Source of the DNA: Kordiimonadaceae bacterium | Lineage (GTDB): Bacteria > Pseudomonadota > Alphaproteobacteria > Sphingomonadales > Kordiimonadaceae | Direction of reading: 5' to 3' | Assembly (NCBI GenBank): GCA_017640725.1 | Contig: JAEPQB010000003.1 | Location: 544,704 to 608,703, forward strand | Length of the DNA: 64,000 bases | Shown: positions 29,982 to 40,829 of the stretch, piece by piece | Numbering within the stretch: position 1 is the first letter of the stretch | Layout of the letters: each line of letters opens with the position of its first letter | Notes under the pieces: generated by a model | Database searches by the model: none | What the model was told of the DNA's origin: nothing | The model's input: the letters and a program-made list of their open reading frames with translations, nothing else | Translations under genes and position numbers: made by a program

Positions 29982-31649
29982 TTAGTCTTCTAGATAGGTT
30001 ACAAGGACAGCAACACCAGGATTTTTCCCTTGGTTCGCCCTGAAGTGCCTGCGCACAGCAATTCGCACTTTTTCACCGACGGTTTCCTGTTTTTCTCGTT
30101 CATGTTGTGGCATGCGCTCCAACAAATCTTCTATCAGATTTATGATTATGTCGTGGCTCATCAACGGATCAGCCGAATATACACCCAGCATCGCCACTTG
30201 TGGATCAGCCAGCAAGTCACCATTGTCTGCAAGCACAAGACTAATCGTTATGAAGCCTTGGTAGCTGGCGCGCCTTCTATCCGCGATGGCAGGATCATCA
30301 GCCGCAATCACTTTTTCCCCGTCAAGGACCAGGCGTCCTACCGGTACCTCATCAACTTTGACCAATGCGTCTGCACTAATGGTGATGACATCACCGTTTT
30401 GCGGTACCAGGGTGCTTTCAACGCCAAAACTTCTTGCCAGATCTGCATGCTTTGACAGGTGACGGTATTCGCCGTGAACAGGAATGGCATGTTTCGGTTT
30501 GGTCCAACCATACATGTCTCTCAGGTCGGCTTGACCGGGGTGCCCAGAGACATGAACAAAGTCGTCTTTTTCAGTGATAACCTGAACACCAGAAGCAGCC
30601 AACTGATTGAAGAGTTCGCCAAGCGCCAGTTCATTGCCTGGAATGATTTTGGATGAAAATATTACCGTATCCCCATCGACGAGCGTGAGGTAACGGTGTT
30701 CATCTCTTGCTATACGCGACAATGCAGCCCGGTTTTCACCCTGACAGCCTGTGCAACAGATAAGAACACGTTCCCTTGGCAAGTGGCCAGCATCTTCTTC
30801 GTCCAGGACGGTCGGGAAATTCTGCAGATACCCTGTGGATTTGGCTGCCTTGTATATTCGTTTCATGGACCGACCCAGCAGAACTAAATGCCGACCTGTC
30901 GCTTTCGCCACCTCGCCTACTGTATCTAACCTGGCAACGTTTGAAGCAAAAGTGGTGATCACGACCCGGCCCTCTTTTTGGGCACAAAGCTCGGTCAATC
31001 GCTGTTTTACCGCGAGTTCGGATCCCGCGTTTTCGGGATTAAAGACATTGGTTGAGTCGCCTACTAACGCGAGAACGCCTTCATTTCCAAGAGCTTCGAG
31101 TTTGCCAGATGGGCAGACTGGCCCAATGAGTGGGTTGGGATCCAGTTTCCAATCGCCTGTGTGAAACACAGTGCCTAGGTCCGTTTTGATAGCAAGGCCG
31201 TGGCCCTCAGCTGTTGAATGCGCAAGGGCAATATAGGTCACCTCAAAAGGCCCAATTGAAAAACTTTTGTCGTCCTCAACGAGGCGGATTTCCACATCTT
31301 CTTCCAGCCCTGCCTCGACAAGCTTGTCAGTGATGAGGGCCGCAGTAAAAGGAGTTGCATAAATGGGGCATTCAAATCTTCGCCATAAGTGTGGTATAGC
31401 GCCGATGTGGTCTTCATGTCCGTGCGTAATGACCATTCCCAGAAGATTCTGTTTTTCACGCGCAGCAAAAACCGGATCGGGGAACATCAAGTCAATGCCG
31501 GGAAAACCATCTCCGGCAAAGGACATGCCGCAATCTACCATCATCCAGTGACCCTGATATCCATAAAGGTTCAGGTTCATGCCTATCTCGCCTGAACCCC
31601 CGAGAGGCACAAAAAACATGCGTTTGTCGGATGGGTTTAAGTAAGCCAA
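29982..31649 (-). CDS. rnj: Ribonuclease J
   Basis: PLGGSGEIGMN, THGHEDHIGA, HTGDWKLD, HVSGH and PVHGEYRH. Confidence 0.96.
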   Translation of the reverse strand: MAYLNPSDKRMFFVPLGGSGEIGMNLNLYGYQGHWMMVDCGMSFAGDGFPGIDLMFPDPVFAAREKQNLLGMVITHGHEDHIGAIPHLWRRFECPIYATPFTAALITDKLVEAGLEEDVEIRLVEDDKSFSIGPFEVTYIALAHSTAEGHGLAIKTDLGTVFHTGDWKLDPNPLIGPVCPSGKLEALGNEGVLALVGDSTNVFNPENAGSELAVKQRLTELCAQKEGRVVITTFASNVARLDTVGEVAKATGRHLVLLGRSMKRIYKAAKSTGYLQNFPTVLDEEDAGHLPRERVLICCTGCQGENRAALSRIARDEHRYLTLVDGDTVIFSSKIIPGNELALGELFNQLAASGVQVITEKDDFVHVSGHPGQADLRDMYGWTKPKHAIPVHGEYRHLSKHADLARSFGVESTLVPQNGDVITISADALVKVDEVPVGRLVLDGEKVIAADDPAIADRRRASYQGFITISLVLADNGDLLADPQVAMLGVYSADPLMSHDIIINLIEDLLERMPQHEREKQETVGEKVRIAVRRHFRANQGKNPGVAVLVTYLED

Positions 31650-32429
31650 CTAGGTGTTCCGCTCATAGATTAGGCGCAAGCCCTCAAGCGTGAGTTCACC
31701 AGCAACTTCGTCAATAGCGCTGGTGCGGTTCGCAAAAATTGCAGCCAGACCACCTGTTGCCAGGATTTTCATATCTGCGCTGTGTTCGGCTTTTAGGCGT
31801 GTTACCAACCCTTCGATCATACCGACATAGCCCCAAAAAATACCGAACTGCATGGCTTCTTGCGTTGTTTTGCCAGTTATATGTTTGGCTGTTGGTGCTG
31901 TGACAGCAATTCTGGGCAGTTTAGCGGCGGCTTGGTGAAGCGCAGAGAGTGACAAGTTAATCCCAGGACATATGAGCCCACCAAGGTAACCCCCGTCTGA
32001 GCCCACCACATCAAACGTTGTGGCAGTACCAAAATCTACGACGACCAGGGGGCCACCATACACATGGTCTGCAGCAACAGCATTCACAAGACGGTCAGCA
32101 CCCACTTCCTGAGGGTTCTTGACGTCTACATTTATACCGAGGTCGACGTCGGGTGCGCCGACAATCATTGGCTGCGACTTAAAGTAATTAATGCAAAGTT
32201 TGCTAAGCGGCCAAACCACTGGCGGAACAACGCTGGCAATAATTGTGCCCGTAACATCTTCAGGGTTGCGGCCATGAAGCATCATCAACTGGCTTATCCA
32301 AACCATATACTCGTCGATGGTTCGCTGATCATCCGTCGATAGCCGCCATTGCTCCAGAATGGTGCCATCTTTGATCAGCGCAAATACGGTGTTTGTGTTT
32401 CCTGCATCTATTGCCAAAAGCATAGTCAA
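31650..32429 (-). CDS. coaX: Type III pantothenate kinase
   Basis: LAIDAGNTN, GADRLVNA and VVDFGTATTFD. Confidence 0.96.
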   Translation of the reverse strand: MTMLLAIDAGNTNTVFALIKDGTILEQWRLSTDDQRTIDEYMVWISQLMMLHGRNPEDVTGTIIASVVPPVVWPLSKLCINYFKSQPMIVGAPDVDLGINVDVKNPQEVGADRLVNAVAADHVYGGPLVVVDFGTATTFDVVGSDGGYLGGLICPGINLSLSALHQAAAKLPRIAVTAPTAKHITGKTTQEAMQFGIFWGYVGMIEGLVTRLKAEHSADMKILATGGLAAIFANRTSAIDEVAGELTLEGLRLIYERNT

Positions 32430-32438
32430 TTCCGTTTG

Positions 32439-33224
32439 TCAGTGTGCGCCAGGGCTTCCAAACACGTCGCCCGCGTACAATGTGCGCCTGGTGCCATCAT
32501 CCAATAAGAGCTCCAGGCCACCTTTTTCATCCAGTCCGTTCAGGGTTGCCATAAAGGTCTCTCCGGACGTCCGGATTTCCCTTCGCTGGCTTAGGCCCCA
32601 TGATACGGAAACCCACTCCTCGATCATCTGTGCAACATCGGAAGGGTTCCATTTATCCAGGCGTTCCTTAAGGCGACTTGCCAGTATCTTGAACGCCTTA
32701 CTTGTGGCAACTTCTTCCCTAATTTCTTTGCTGACGCACGTTGCTGGGAACTGTGCGTCGGACGGATAATGCGCAAGATTGAGCCCAATGCCAATCACAA
32801 CAAAGTCAATTGTTCCGTGATCTCCCGCGCTGGTCTCTATTAAAATTCCGCTGGATTTTTTTTCACAAATCAAAACGTCATTTGGCCATTTGCATTGGAC
32901 CGCACCGGTGTCACAACCTAACTGAATAAAAGTGTCTCTGACAGCCAGTGAAACCAGGTATGGCAGGGTCGACAATTCACTCATTTTTAATTCGAGGCGC
33001 GTTAGCAGCGAACAAAACAAATTGCCATCGTTGGATAACCAGGAACGACCTCTTCTCCCACGACCATCTGTCTGCCGATTGGCAACAAACCAGGTTGCCT
33101 GATCAAACCCTAATGCGCCCTGCTCCGTTGCCAGCGAATTTGTGCTGCGACATTCGTCAAAAAAACAAACGCTGACCCCTTGCGGAGCCAGCGATTGCCA
33201 TTCTTGTTGGATAAGGCTGCTCAC
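32439..33224 (-). CDS. birA: Biotin--acetyl-CoA-carboxylase ligase (no N-terminal HTH)
   Basis: STN, QTDGRGRRGRSW, KWPND and KSSGILIE. Confidence 0.93.
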   Translation of the reverse strand: MSSLIQQEWQSLAPQGVSVCFFDECRSTNSLATEQGALGFDQATWFVANRQTDGRGRRGRSWLSNDGNLFCSLLTRLELKMSELSTLPYLVSLAVRDTFIQLGCDTGAVQCKWPNDVLICEKKSSGILIETSAGDHGTIDFVVIGIGLNLAHYPSDAQFPATCVSKEIREEVATSKAFKILASRLKERLDKWNPSDVAQMIEEWVSVSWGLSQRREIRTSGETFMATLNGLDEKGGLELLLDDGTRRTLYAGDVFGSPGAH

Positions 33225-34675
33225 TAGAACAACAGCGAATTAGCGGCCCATGCTGCGGCACTACCCAGAGAGCCAATAAGAAGGAAACTGACCGGCGAAT
33301 TGACCAAAGCCGAAACACCCACAACAGCAGAAACTGCCTGTCCTTGACCGCCTTCAAATGCACCAGCGGATTCGTCAAAGAACATCACTTTGACCACGCG
33401 AAGGTAATAGTAACAAGCAACGACACTTGCGAGGAAACCAATGATGGCCAGCGGTATCATGCCTGCTTCTACTGCTGCCAGGAAGATGAACCATTTCCCG
33501 AAGAAACCGGCCAAGAGCGGAATACCTGCAAGGGAGAACATGAAAATCGAAATCGCGACCGCCATTGGCAGATTTGTCGTCGAAAGACCGGCCAGATCCT
33601 CGATATTTTCAACCATGCCGTCATTTTTTCGCATGGTTAAGATTGCGGCAAATGCGCCGAGGGTCATCGTCAGATATATCGCGAGGTAAACAAGAACTGC
33701 TTCGATACCGTCCTGCGTGCCGGCTGCGACGCCAACCAGTGCATAACCAATGTGACCGATGGAGCTGTATGCCATTAGGCGCTTGATATTGGTCTGAACC
33801 AAAGCAACAAACGATCCAACGAGCATCGATGCAATAGAGATAAACACGATGATCTGCTGCCACTCAGCGACCATGCCGGGAAACCCGTTAATCAGAACAC
33901 GTACCAACAGCGCCATTGCCGCAACTTTTGGTGCTGCTGCGAAAAAGGCCGTTACAGGCGTTGGGGAGCCCTCGTAAACATCAGGTGTCCACATATGGAA
34001 AGGAACTGCTGAAACTTTGAAAGCGAGGCCTGCGAGCAAGAACACCATGCCGATCACGATACCGATAGACATGCTTTCTGCACCCTTGATGCTGGTTGCT
34101 AGCACATCGAAATCGGTGGTGCCCGAGAAGCCGTAAATCAGTGAAATACCGTACAACAACATGCCGGAGCTCAGGGCGCCCAGCACAAAATATTTCAGGC
34201 CGGCTTCTGTGGAGCGCAAACGGTCCCTGTTCATCGCGGCTAACACATAGAGCGACAAGCTTTGAAGTTCCAAACCAACGTACAAGCTCATCAGATTGTT
34301 GGCTGAAACCATGATCAGCATGCCCAGGGTCGCGAAAACAATCAGGACCGGATACTCAAATTTCGCGATACCATGCTCACTCAAAAACTTGCCTGCAATC
34401 AGGATTGCTACGGCGCTTCCAAGATAAACCAGTGTTTTCGCAAATACTGCAAAAGCATCAGTTACGAACATACCGTTGAAGGTCACATCGCGGTCACCGC
34501 CAACCTGATTGATCATAACAACCATGCATACGAGTAGCAGCAAGATCGAAAGATTGGCTATTTGGCGGTAAGACTTGTCGCCCTGGAACACGCCAAGCAT
34601 AAGCAGCGCCATGCCACCGATGGCTAAAATGAGCTCTGGAAGAGCTGGCAAAAGGTTCAGTGTTTCACCGTTCAT
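33224..34675 (-). CDS. nuoN: NADH-quinone oxidoreductase subunit N
   Basis: EAGLKYF, FKVSAVPFHMWTPDVYEG and IKRLMAYSSI. Confidence 0.97.
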   Translation of the reverse strand: MNGETLNLLPALPELILAIGGMALLMLGVFQGDKSYRQIANLSILLLLVCMVVMINQVGGDRDVTFNGMFVTDAFAVFAKTLVYLGSAVAILIAGKFLSEHGIAKFEYPVLIVFATLGMLIMVSANNLMSLYVGLELQSLSLYVLAAMNRDRLRSTEAGLKYFVLGALSSGMLLYGISLIYGFSGTTDFDVLATSIKGAESMSIGIVIGMVFLLAGLAFKVSAVPFHMWTPDVYEGSPTPVTAFFAAAPKVAAMALLVRVLINGFPGMVAEWQQIIVFISIASMLVGSFVALVQTNIKRLMAYSSIGHIGYALVGVAAGTQDGIEAVLVYLAIYLTMTLGAFAAILTMRKNDGMVENIEDLAGLSTTNLPMAVAISIFMFSLAGIPLLAGFFGKWFIFLAAVEAGMIPLAIIGFLASVVACYYYLRVVKVMFFDESAGAFEGGQGQAVSAVVGVSALVNSPVSFLLIGSLGSAAAWAANSLLF

Positions 34676-34686
34676 CGGTAGGCTCC

Positions 34687-36216
34687 TTAGCGACCAGCTG
34701 GTACGCCAGTAGTACTGGCGGCCGCATGGGTGACATCAGTCGAAAAATGAGTTTCGAGCAGGTTGGTAACAGAGGCATGCATTGGCTCAAGGAAGCTGTT
34801 TGGATAAATGCCCATCCAGAGAACCACAGCAACCAGCGGCGCGAACACAAGCTTTTCCCTCAGCGAGAGGTCAGGCATTGCCTTCACGTCCTCTTTATCC
34901 AGTTCGCCAAATATCAAGCGTCTGACAAGATACAGCATATAGGCTGCACCCAGAACAACACCGGTCGCAGCAAGGAAAGCAATCCAACTGCTATAGGCAA
35001 AGCTGCCATTAAGAACGAGGAATTCGCCAACAAACCCACTTGTGCCCGGAAGACCAATTGACGCCATTGAGAACAACACAAACAGAGTTGCATAAATTTT
35101 CATATTAGTCGCCAAGCCGCCGTACCGCGAAATTTCGCGTGTATGCAGGCGATCATAGATTACACCCACACACAGGAACAGCGCTCCTGATACCACACCA
35201 TGGCTAAGCATCGTGAAGATCGCGCCTTCAACACCGTTGGTGTTCAACAGGAATATGCCGATGGTCACAAATCCCATATGAGCAACGGACGAATAAGCGA
35301 TAAGTTTTTTAATGTCTTCCTGGACTAGCGCAATGAGCGAAGTCACGATGATTGCGATGATCGACAAAGCAAACACCAGCCACGACCACTCAATCGTCGC
35401 CTCAGGCAGCATCGGCAAACTGAAACGCAGGAAACCGTACCCGCCCATTTTCAGCAATACGCCCGCCAGGATCACCGATCCACCTGTCGGCGCCTGCACA
35501 TGTGCATCCGGCAACCATGTATGCACAGGCCACATTGGCATTTTCACCGCAAACGATGCAAAGAATGCCAGCCACAGCCATGATTGCACATCAGCGTTGA
35601 AGCTGTAGTTCATCAACTCTGGAATTTCTGTCGTGCCTGATTGCAAGTACATATACATGACCGCAACCAGCATCAGGACCGAGCCGAGCAGCGTATAGAG
35701 GAAGAACTTGAAGCTGGCGTAGATCCGGTTCAAGCCGCCCCACACGCCAATCAACAAGTACATCGGGATCAAGCCACCTTCGAAAAAGACATAGAACAGG
35801 AAGATGTCCAGTGCCGTGAACACCCCGATCATCAGCGTTTCAAGCAGCAAGAAGGCAATCATATACTCGCGGACACGGTCCTGGATGGCGTCCCAGCTAG
35901 CCAACACCACAATCGGCATCAAAAAGGCTGTCAGCACCACAAACAGCATGGAAATACCGTCCACGCCCACATAGTAACTGATGTCGCCGAACCAGGCATG
36001 CTGCTCTACGAATTGAAATGCCGAAGTAGAGTTGTCAAACCCAGCCCACAGCACCAAGCTCATCACGAAAGTGATCGACGTGATAAGGAGCGAGACCTGA
36101 CGAATGTTTCGCTTTTCAATTTCAGGATCGTTGTGACGAATGATCAAAAGAATAGCCGCACCCAAAATCGGCATGATCATCATCAAGGACAGAAGATTAT
36201 TTTGCAAAAATGACAT
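34687..36216 (-). CDS. nuoM: NADH-quinone oxidoreductase subunit M
   Basis: [21 protein letters not shown] and LLKMGGYG. Confidence 0.97.
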   Translation of the reverse strand: MSFLQNNLLSLMMIMPILGAAILLIIRHNDPEIEKRNIRQVSLLITSITFVMSLVLWAGFDNSTSAFQFVEQHAWFGDISYYVGVDGISMLFVVLTAFLMPIVVLASWDAIQDRVREYMIAFLLLETLMIGVFTALDIFLFYVFFEGGLIPMYLLIGVWGGLNRIYASFKFFLYTLLGSVLMLVAVMYMYLQSGTTEIPELMNYSFNADVQSWLWLAFFASFAVKMPMWPVHTWLPDAHVQAPTGGSVILAGVLLKMGGYGFLRFSLPMLPEATIEWSWLVFALSIIAIIVTSLIALVQEDIKKLIAYSSVAHMGFVTIGIFLLNTNGVEGAIFTMLSHGVVSGALFLCVGVIYDRLHTREISRYGGLATNMKIYATLFVLFSMASIGLPGTSGFVGEFLVLNGSFAYSSWIAFLAATGVVLGAAYMLYLVRRLIFGELDKEDVKAMPDLSLREKLVFAPLVAVVLWMGIYPNSFLEPMHASVTNLLETHFSTDVTHAAASTTGVPAGR

Positions 36217-36231
36217 GTTTTAAACCCTGCC

Positions 36232-38319
36232 CTAGTGAGCCCCGCCCTGCATCATGAACCAGGTCACCACAAGGGCAAGACCAATAATCATGGCAAAAGC
36301 GTAGTGATAAACGTAACCGGTCTGGAGTTTGCGAACGCGCGCTGCAACCCCTGCGACAAGGGCAGACACACCGTTTGGACCAAAGCCGTCGATGGTCGCC
36401 TCATCGCCTTTTTTCCAGAAGATTTTCCCAAGCCAAAAAGCGGGACGAACGAATAGGAAATCATAGAGTTCGTCGAAGTACCACTTGTTGAGAATAAATG
36501 CATACAAGCCGTCCCATGTCTCGGCTGTACGCTTTGGCAAGTCGTCGCTCAGCCAGCCCCAGGCGCCAAACAAAACATAAAGCGAGAGGGCAAGCGCCGC
36601 CACAGCAGCGTAGCCAGCATACTGACTTGGCACCAGAACGAGGACAGCAACTGCTGCAACCGCAAGGCCAAATGCAGCGACAGCTGGCATTTTTATTTGC
36701 GGACGATAGAAGCAGGCCGAGATGAACAGGCCCAGGATCATAGCAATAAATGGCGCCCAAACAACGGCACTTGGCACTTCATGAGCCAGGTCCATAACGT
36801 CACCCGCAGTTGTAACTAGGGCTCCGTTCCAGAAGGCGAAACGACCGTCACCGATGAAGGAACTGGCAAAATAACCACCGGCCGCCAGTGCACCAACAGC
36901 CAGCATGATCAGGGGAATTGTCATTACCGCTGGGCCTTCATGTGCATGGTCAAAAGTATGATTGTCGGCACGTGTTTGACCATGGAAGGTCAGGAATATG
37001 AGCCGCCAGCTATAGAAGCTTGTCATCAGGGCCGCAACAACTGTCATTACGAATGCAAACTGTGCACCCGGCGCATCAGCCGCATAGGCAGCCTCAATGA
37101 TCAGATCTTTTGAGTAATAGCCCGAGAGGAATGGCACGCCAGTGATAGCCAAGGTACCGATGAGCATAACGATATACGTTAGTGGGATCTTTTTGTAGAT
37201 GCCGCCCATTTTGCGCATGTCTTGCTCGTGATGCATTGCGTGAATTACAGAGCCAGCACCAAGGAACAGCAGCGCTTTGAAAAACGCGTGCGTAAACAGG
37301 TGGAAAATAGCGCCGCCATACGCAGTAACGCCGAGTGCCACGAACATATAGCCCAGTTGGGAGCACGTTGAATATGCAATCACCCGCTTGATGTCGTTTT
37401 GCACAAGCCCAACACTCGCAGCGAACAGGGCCGTTGCCGCGCCAATGTAGGTCACGACGGACAGTGCCACCGGCGACAGGTCAAACAAGGGGCTGAAGCG
37501 CGCCACAAGGAACACACCTGCGGTTACCATTGTAGCCGCATGAATGAGTGCGGATACCGGTGTTGGGCCTTCCATCGCATCCGGTAGCCAAGTGTGAAGC
37601 CCAAGTTGTGCTGACTTACCCATGGCACCAACAAACAACAAAAGAGCAGCAACTGTGATTGCATGATACTCGGTGCCAAGGAAAGAAACAGTCGCTGTTT
37701 CAAACTCACCTATCCGCGCAAAAATGGTTGAGAATTCAACAGAACCAACGAGCAGGAATACGGCGTAAATGCCCAGTGCAAAACCAAAGTCACCCACCCT
37801 GTTCACGACAAATGCTTTGATAGCGGCCGCATTTGCGCTTGGCTTCTTGTACCAGAAACCAATCAGCAAGTATGACGCAAGGCCGACACCTTCCCAACCG
37901 AAGAACATTTGAACGAGGTTGTCGCTGGTAACCAGCATCAACATCGCAAATGTAAACAGCGAGAGGTACGCGAAGAAACGTGGTTTGTGGGGATCTTCTT
38001 CCATGTATCCCATGGAATACCAGTGAACCAGTGCCGAAACCGTGTTCACTACAATCAACATCACCGCTGTAAGTGTATCAATGTGGAAGGCCCAATCGAA
38101 AGTCAGTGTGCCACTGGTGACCCAGCTAAGCACGTGAACCGAATATTGGTTCCCGCCGGCTGTGACATCAAAAAAAGCGAACCAGGAAAGAATGCCTGCG
38201 ATGCTGACAAGGCCGGATGTCAGGATCATGCTTGCGCGATCACCAATTTGACGACCGAACATGCCTGCAATTAGAAATCCGACCAGCGGAAGAAAGACTA
38301 TGAGTTTGAAGAGCATCAA
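36232..38319 (-). CDS. nuoL: NADH-quinone oxidoreductase subunit L
   Basis: [38 protein letters not shown] and HAFFKALLF. Confidence 0.97.
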   Translation of the reverse strand: MMLFKLIVFLPLVGFLIAGMFGRQIGDRASMILTSGLVSIAGILSWFAFFDVTAGGNQYSVHVLSWVTSGTLTFDWAFHIDTLTAVMLIVVNTVSALVHWYSMGYMEEDPHKPRFFAYLSLFTFAMLMLVTSDNLVQMFFGWEGVGLASYLLIGFWYKKPSANAAAIKAFVVNRVGDFGFALGIYAVFLLVGSVEFSTIFARIGEFETATVSFLGTEYHAITVAALLLFVGAMGKSAQLGLHTWLPDAMEGPTPVSALIHAATMVTAGVFLVARFSPLFDLSPVALSVVTYIGAATALFAASVGLVQNDIKRVIAYSTCSQLGYMFVALGVTAYGGAIFHLFTHAFFKALLFLGAGSVIHAMHHEQDMRKMGGIYKKIPLTYIVMLIGTLAITGVPFLSGYYSKDLIIEAAYAADAPGAQFAFVMTVVAALMTSFYSWRLIFLTFHGQTRADNHTFDHAHEGPAVMTIPLIMLAVGALAAGGYFASSFIGDGRFAFWNGALVTTAGDVMDLAHEVPSAVVWAPFIAMILGLFISACFYRPQIKMPAVAAFGLAVAAVAVLVLVPSQYAGYAAVAALALSLYVLFGAWGWLSDDLPKRTAETWDGLYAFILNKWYFDELYDFLFVRPAFWLGKIFWKKGDEATIDGFGPNGVSALVAGVAARVRKLQTGYVYHYAFAMIIGLALVVTWFMMQGGAH

Positions 38320-38321
38320 CC

Positions 38322-38630
38322 CTATCCCTTCATCTGATTGATGTCTTCAACCGCAATCGAACCGCGGCTTCGGAAATATACAACAAGAATTGCCAGACCA
38401 ATCGCCGCCTCGGCGGCGGCAACGGTCAGGACAAACATGGCAAGCACCTGCCCAGCCATGTCTCCTTGGAATGTGGAAAATGCAACCAAATTGATGTTCA
38501 CAGCCAGAAGCATCAGCTCGATCGACATCAGGATGATGATCACATTTTTCCGATTTAGGAAAATACCGAAAACGCCAAACACAAAAAGAATGGCCGCAAC
38601 GGTCAGATAGTGTCCAAGTCCAACAGTCAT
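38322..38630 (-). CDS. nuoK: NADH-quinone oxidoreductase subunit K
   Basis: LMSIELML and [10 protein letters not shown]. Confidence 0.97.
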   Translation of the reverse strand: MTVGLGHYLTVAAILFVFGVFGIFLNRKNVIIILMSIELMLLAVNINLVAFSTFQGDMAGQVLAMFVLTVAAAEAAIGLAILVVYFRSRGSIAVEDINQMKG

Positions 38631-38633
38631 CGC

Positions 38634-39278
38634 TTAACCTTTCTTCCCGGGCAAAGAAACGCCCTTGCCGGTTTCCACGTCAACAAGATCGAACGCCTCT
38701 TCAGGGCGGCGATTAACCTGCGCTGCGATGCTCTGACGACGCACACCAGGACGGTCCCGCAGGGTCAAAACGATTGCACCAATCATTGCCACCAGAAGGA
38801 TCAAGCCGGCTGTTTGGAAAATAAATATATAGTCTGTGTACAACAGCTGACCGAGTGCTTCAGTATTGGACGCGCTCTCGATCGCTGGCGTGGGCGATGC
38901 AGCGTTTTTCGCAACATCCTCACCAAAATACCAAGCTGAAGCCAATGCAACCAGCTCACCAAGCAGAACCAGCCCGATGAGGCCACCGAGTGGCAGGTGC
39001 TGAAGCATGCCTTGGCGCAGTTCGGTGAAGTTGATGTCAAGCATCATCACCACAAACAGGAACAACACCGCGACAGCGCCCACATAGACCACCACGAGCA
39101 ACATCGCCAAAAATTCTGCGCCCATCAAAACAAACAGCCCTGCAGCTGAGAAAAACGCGAGAATGAGCCACAGCACACTGTGGACCGGGTTTCGGGCTGA
39201 TATCACCAGCACACCAGACGCCACCGTAACAGCAGCGAACAGATAAAAAACCATATCAGTTAGTGCAATTTCCATCAT
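38634..39278 (-). CDS. nuoJ: NADH-quinone oxidoreductase subunit J
   Basis: NPVHSVL and VYVGAVAVLFLFVVMML. Confidence 0.96.
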   Translation of the reverse strand: MMEIALTDMVFYLFAAVTVASGVLVISARNPVHSVLWLILAFFSAAGLFVLMGAEFLAMLLVVVYVGAVAVLFLFVVMMLDINFTELRQGMLQHLPLGGLIGLVLLGELVALASAWYFGEDVAKNAASPTPAIESASNTEALGQLLYTDYIFIFQTAGLILLVAMIGAIVLTLRDRPGVRRQSIAAQVNRRPEEAFDLVDVETGKGVSLPGKKG

Positions 39279-39287
39279 GCCCTTGTC

Positions 39288-39776
39288 CTAGCGATACGGC
39301 GCGTCTGCAGCCAAATTGGCCGCAATTTCGCGTTCCCAACGCTCGCCGTTGGCAAGCAATTTGTCTTTGTCGTAAAGGAGTTCTTCACGGGTTTCGGTTG
39401 CAAACTCAAAGTTCGGGCCTTCGACGATGGCATCAACCGGGCAGGCTTCCTGACAGAAGCCACAGTAAATGCACTTCACCATGTCAATGTCATAGCGTGT
39501 GGTGCGCCTAGAACCGTCTTCCCGTGGCTCTGCTTCAATCGTTATTGCCTGCGCAGGGCAAATTGCCTCGCAGAGTTTACAAGCGATGCACCGCTCCTCG
39601 CCGTTAGGGTAGCGTCTCAGAGCATGCTCACCGCGAAAGCGCGGGCTCAGTGGCCCTTTTTCATATGGGTAGTTCACTGTTGCTTTCGGACGGAAGAAGT
39701 ATTTCATCGACAAAACAAATGCCGAGAAAAACTCCCGCAGAAGCAAGCTATTGAGGGCACGTAAAGCTGCCGTCAT
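39288..39776 (-). CDS. nuoI: NADH-quinone oxidoreductase subunit I
   Basis: Two CxxCxxCxxxCP ferredoxin motifs. Confidence 0.97.
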   Translation of the reverse strand: MTAALRALNSLLLREFFSAFVLSMKYFFRPKATVNYPYEKGPLSPRFRGEHALRRYPNGEERCIACKLCEAICPAQAITIEAEPREDGSRRTTRYDIDMVKCIYCGFCQEACPVDAIVEGPNFEFATETREELLYDKDKLLANGERWEREIAANLAADAPYR

Positions 39777-39791
39777 GACAAATGCCTTTCT

Positions 39792-40829
39792 CTAACTACC
39801 GGAGGGCAAGAAACCGCCGTAAACGGCAATGCCCGAGTAAAAAACAACGAACGCCAACGAAAGTGGCAAAAAGACTTTCCATCCCAGTCTCATCAACTGG
39901 TCATAGCGATAGCGCGGCACAAATGCCTTCACCATCGCAAACATGAAGAAACCAAAACCAATTTTTAGGAGCATCCAGATAAAGCCAGGAATGATATCAT
40001 CTCCGGGAATTGGGGAATGCCAGCCGCCGAGGAACAGGATCGCCATCACTGCCGACATCAACAGAATGTTGGCATACTCACCAAGGAAGAACAGCGCGAA
40101 CGCCATCGAGCTGTATTCAACTTGATATCCTGCAACCAATTCTGCCTCTGCTTCAGGAAGGTCAAACGGCGGACGATTGGTTTCTGCCAGTGCAGAGATG
40201 AAGAAAATCACATAGATGGGCGCAAGCGGCCACATGTACCATTTGTGCGCGCCACCTGCTTGAGCATCCACGATATCGCTGAGGTTCAGAGAACCGGCAA
40301 AAACCAATACGCAAATGAGCACAAATCCAATGGATACTTCATAAGAAACCATTTGGGCCGCTGAACGAAGCGCACCCAAAAATGCGTAACGACTGTTTGA
40401 AGCCCAGCCAGACATAATAATGCCGTACACGCCGAGCGACGAAATCGCGAGAATGTACATAATCCCAACATTCAGGTCGGAAATGGCCATGCCTTCATCG
40501 AAAGGGATCACTGCCCAGCTGATAAGCGCAAGGGTGAACGTTAGCATAGGAGCCAAAAGGAAAATAACCTTGTTGGCACCAGCGGGTATGATGGTTTCTT
40601 TAAGGAAAAGTTTAAGGCCATCTGCAAATGACTGCAGCAACCCAAAAGGCCCAACCACATTGGGACCGCGGCGCATTTGCACGGCTGCCCAAATTTTCCT
40701 GTCGAAGTAGACTGCAAAGGCTACTGCGATGAGCAATGGTAGCGCGATAGCCAGTACCGCCGCCACAATGGCAATCAGATACAGGAACTGGCCTTCACCA
40801 CCGAATAATGTGTAAAGCGCATCAACCAT
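39792..40829 (-). CDS. nuoH: NADH-quinone oxidoreductase subunit H
   Basis: [16 protein letters not shown] and [13 protein letters not shown]. Confidence 0.97.
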   Translation of the reverse strand: MVDALYTLFGGEGQFLYLIAIVAAVLAIALPLLIAVAFAVYFDRKIWAAVQMRRGPNVVGPFGLLQSFADGLKLFLKETIIPAGANKVIFLLAPMLTFTLALISWAVIPFDEGMAISDLNVGIMYILAISSLGVYGIIMSGWASNSRYAFLGALRSAAQMVSYEVSIGFVLICVLVFAGSLNLSDIVDAQAGGAHKWYMWPLAPIYVIFFISALAETNRPPFDLPEAEAELVAGYQVEYSSMAFALFFLGEYANILLMSAVMAILFLGGWHSPIPGDDIIPGFIWMLLKIGFGFFMFAMVKAFVPRYRYDQLMRLGWKVFLPLSLAFVVFYSGIAVYGGFLPSGS

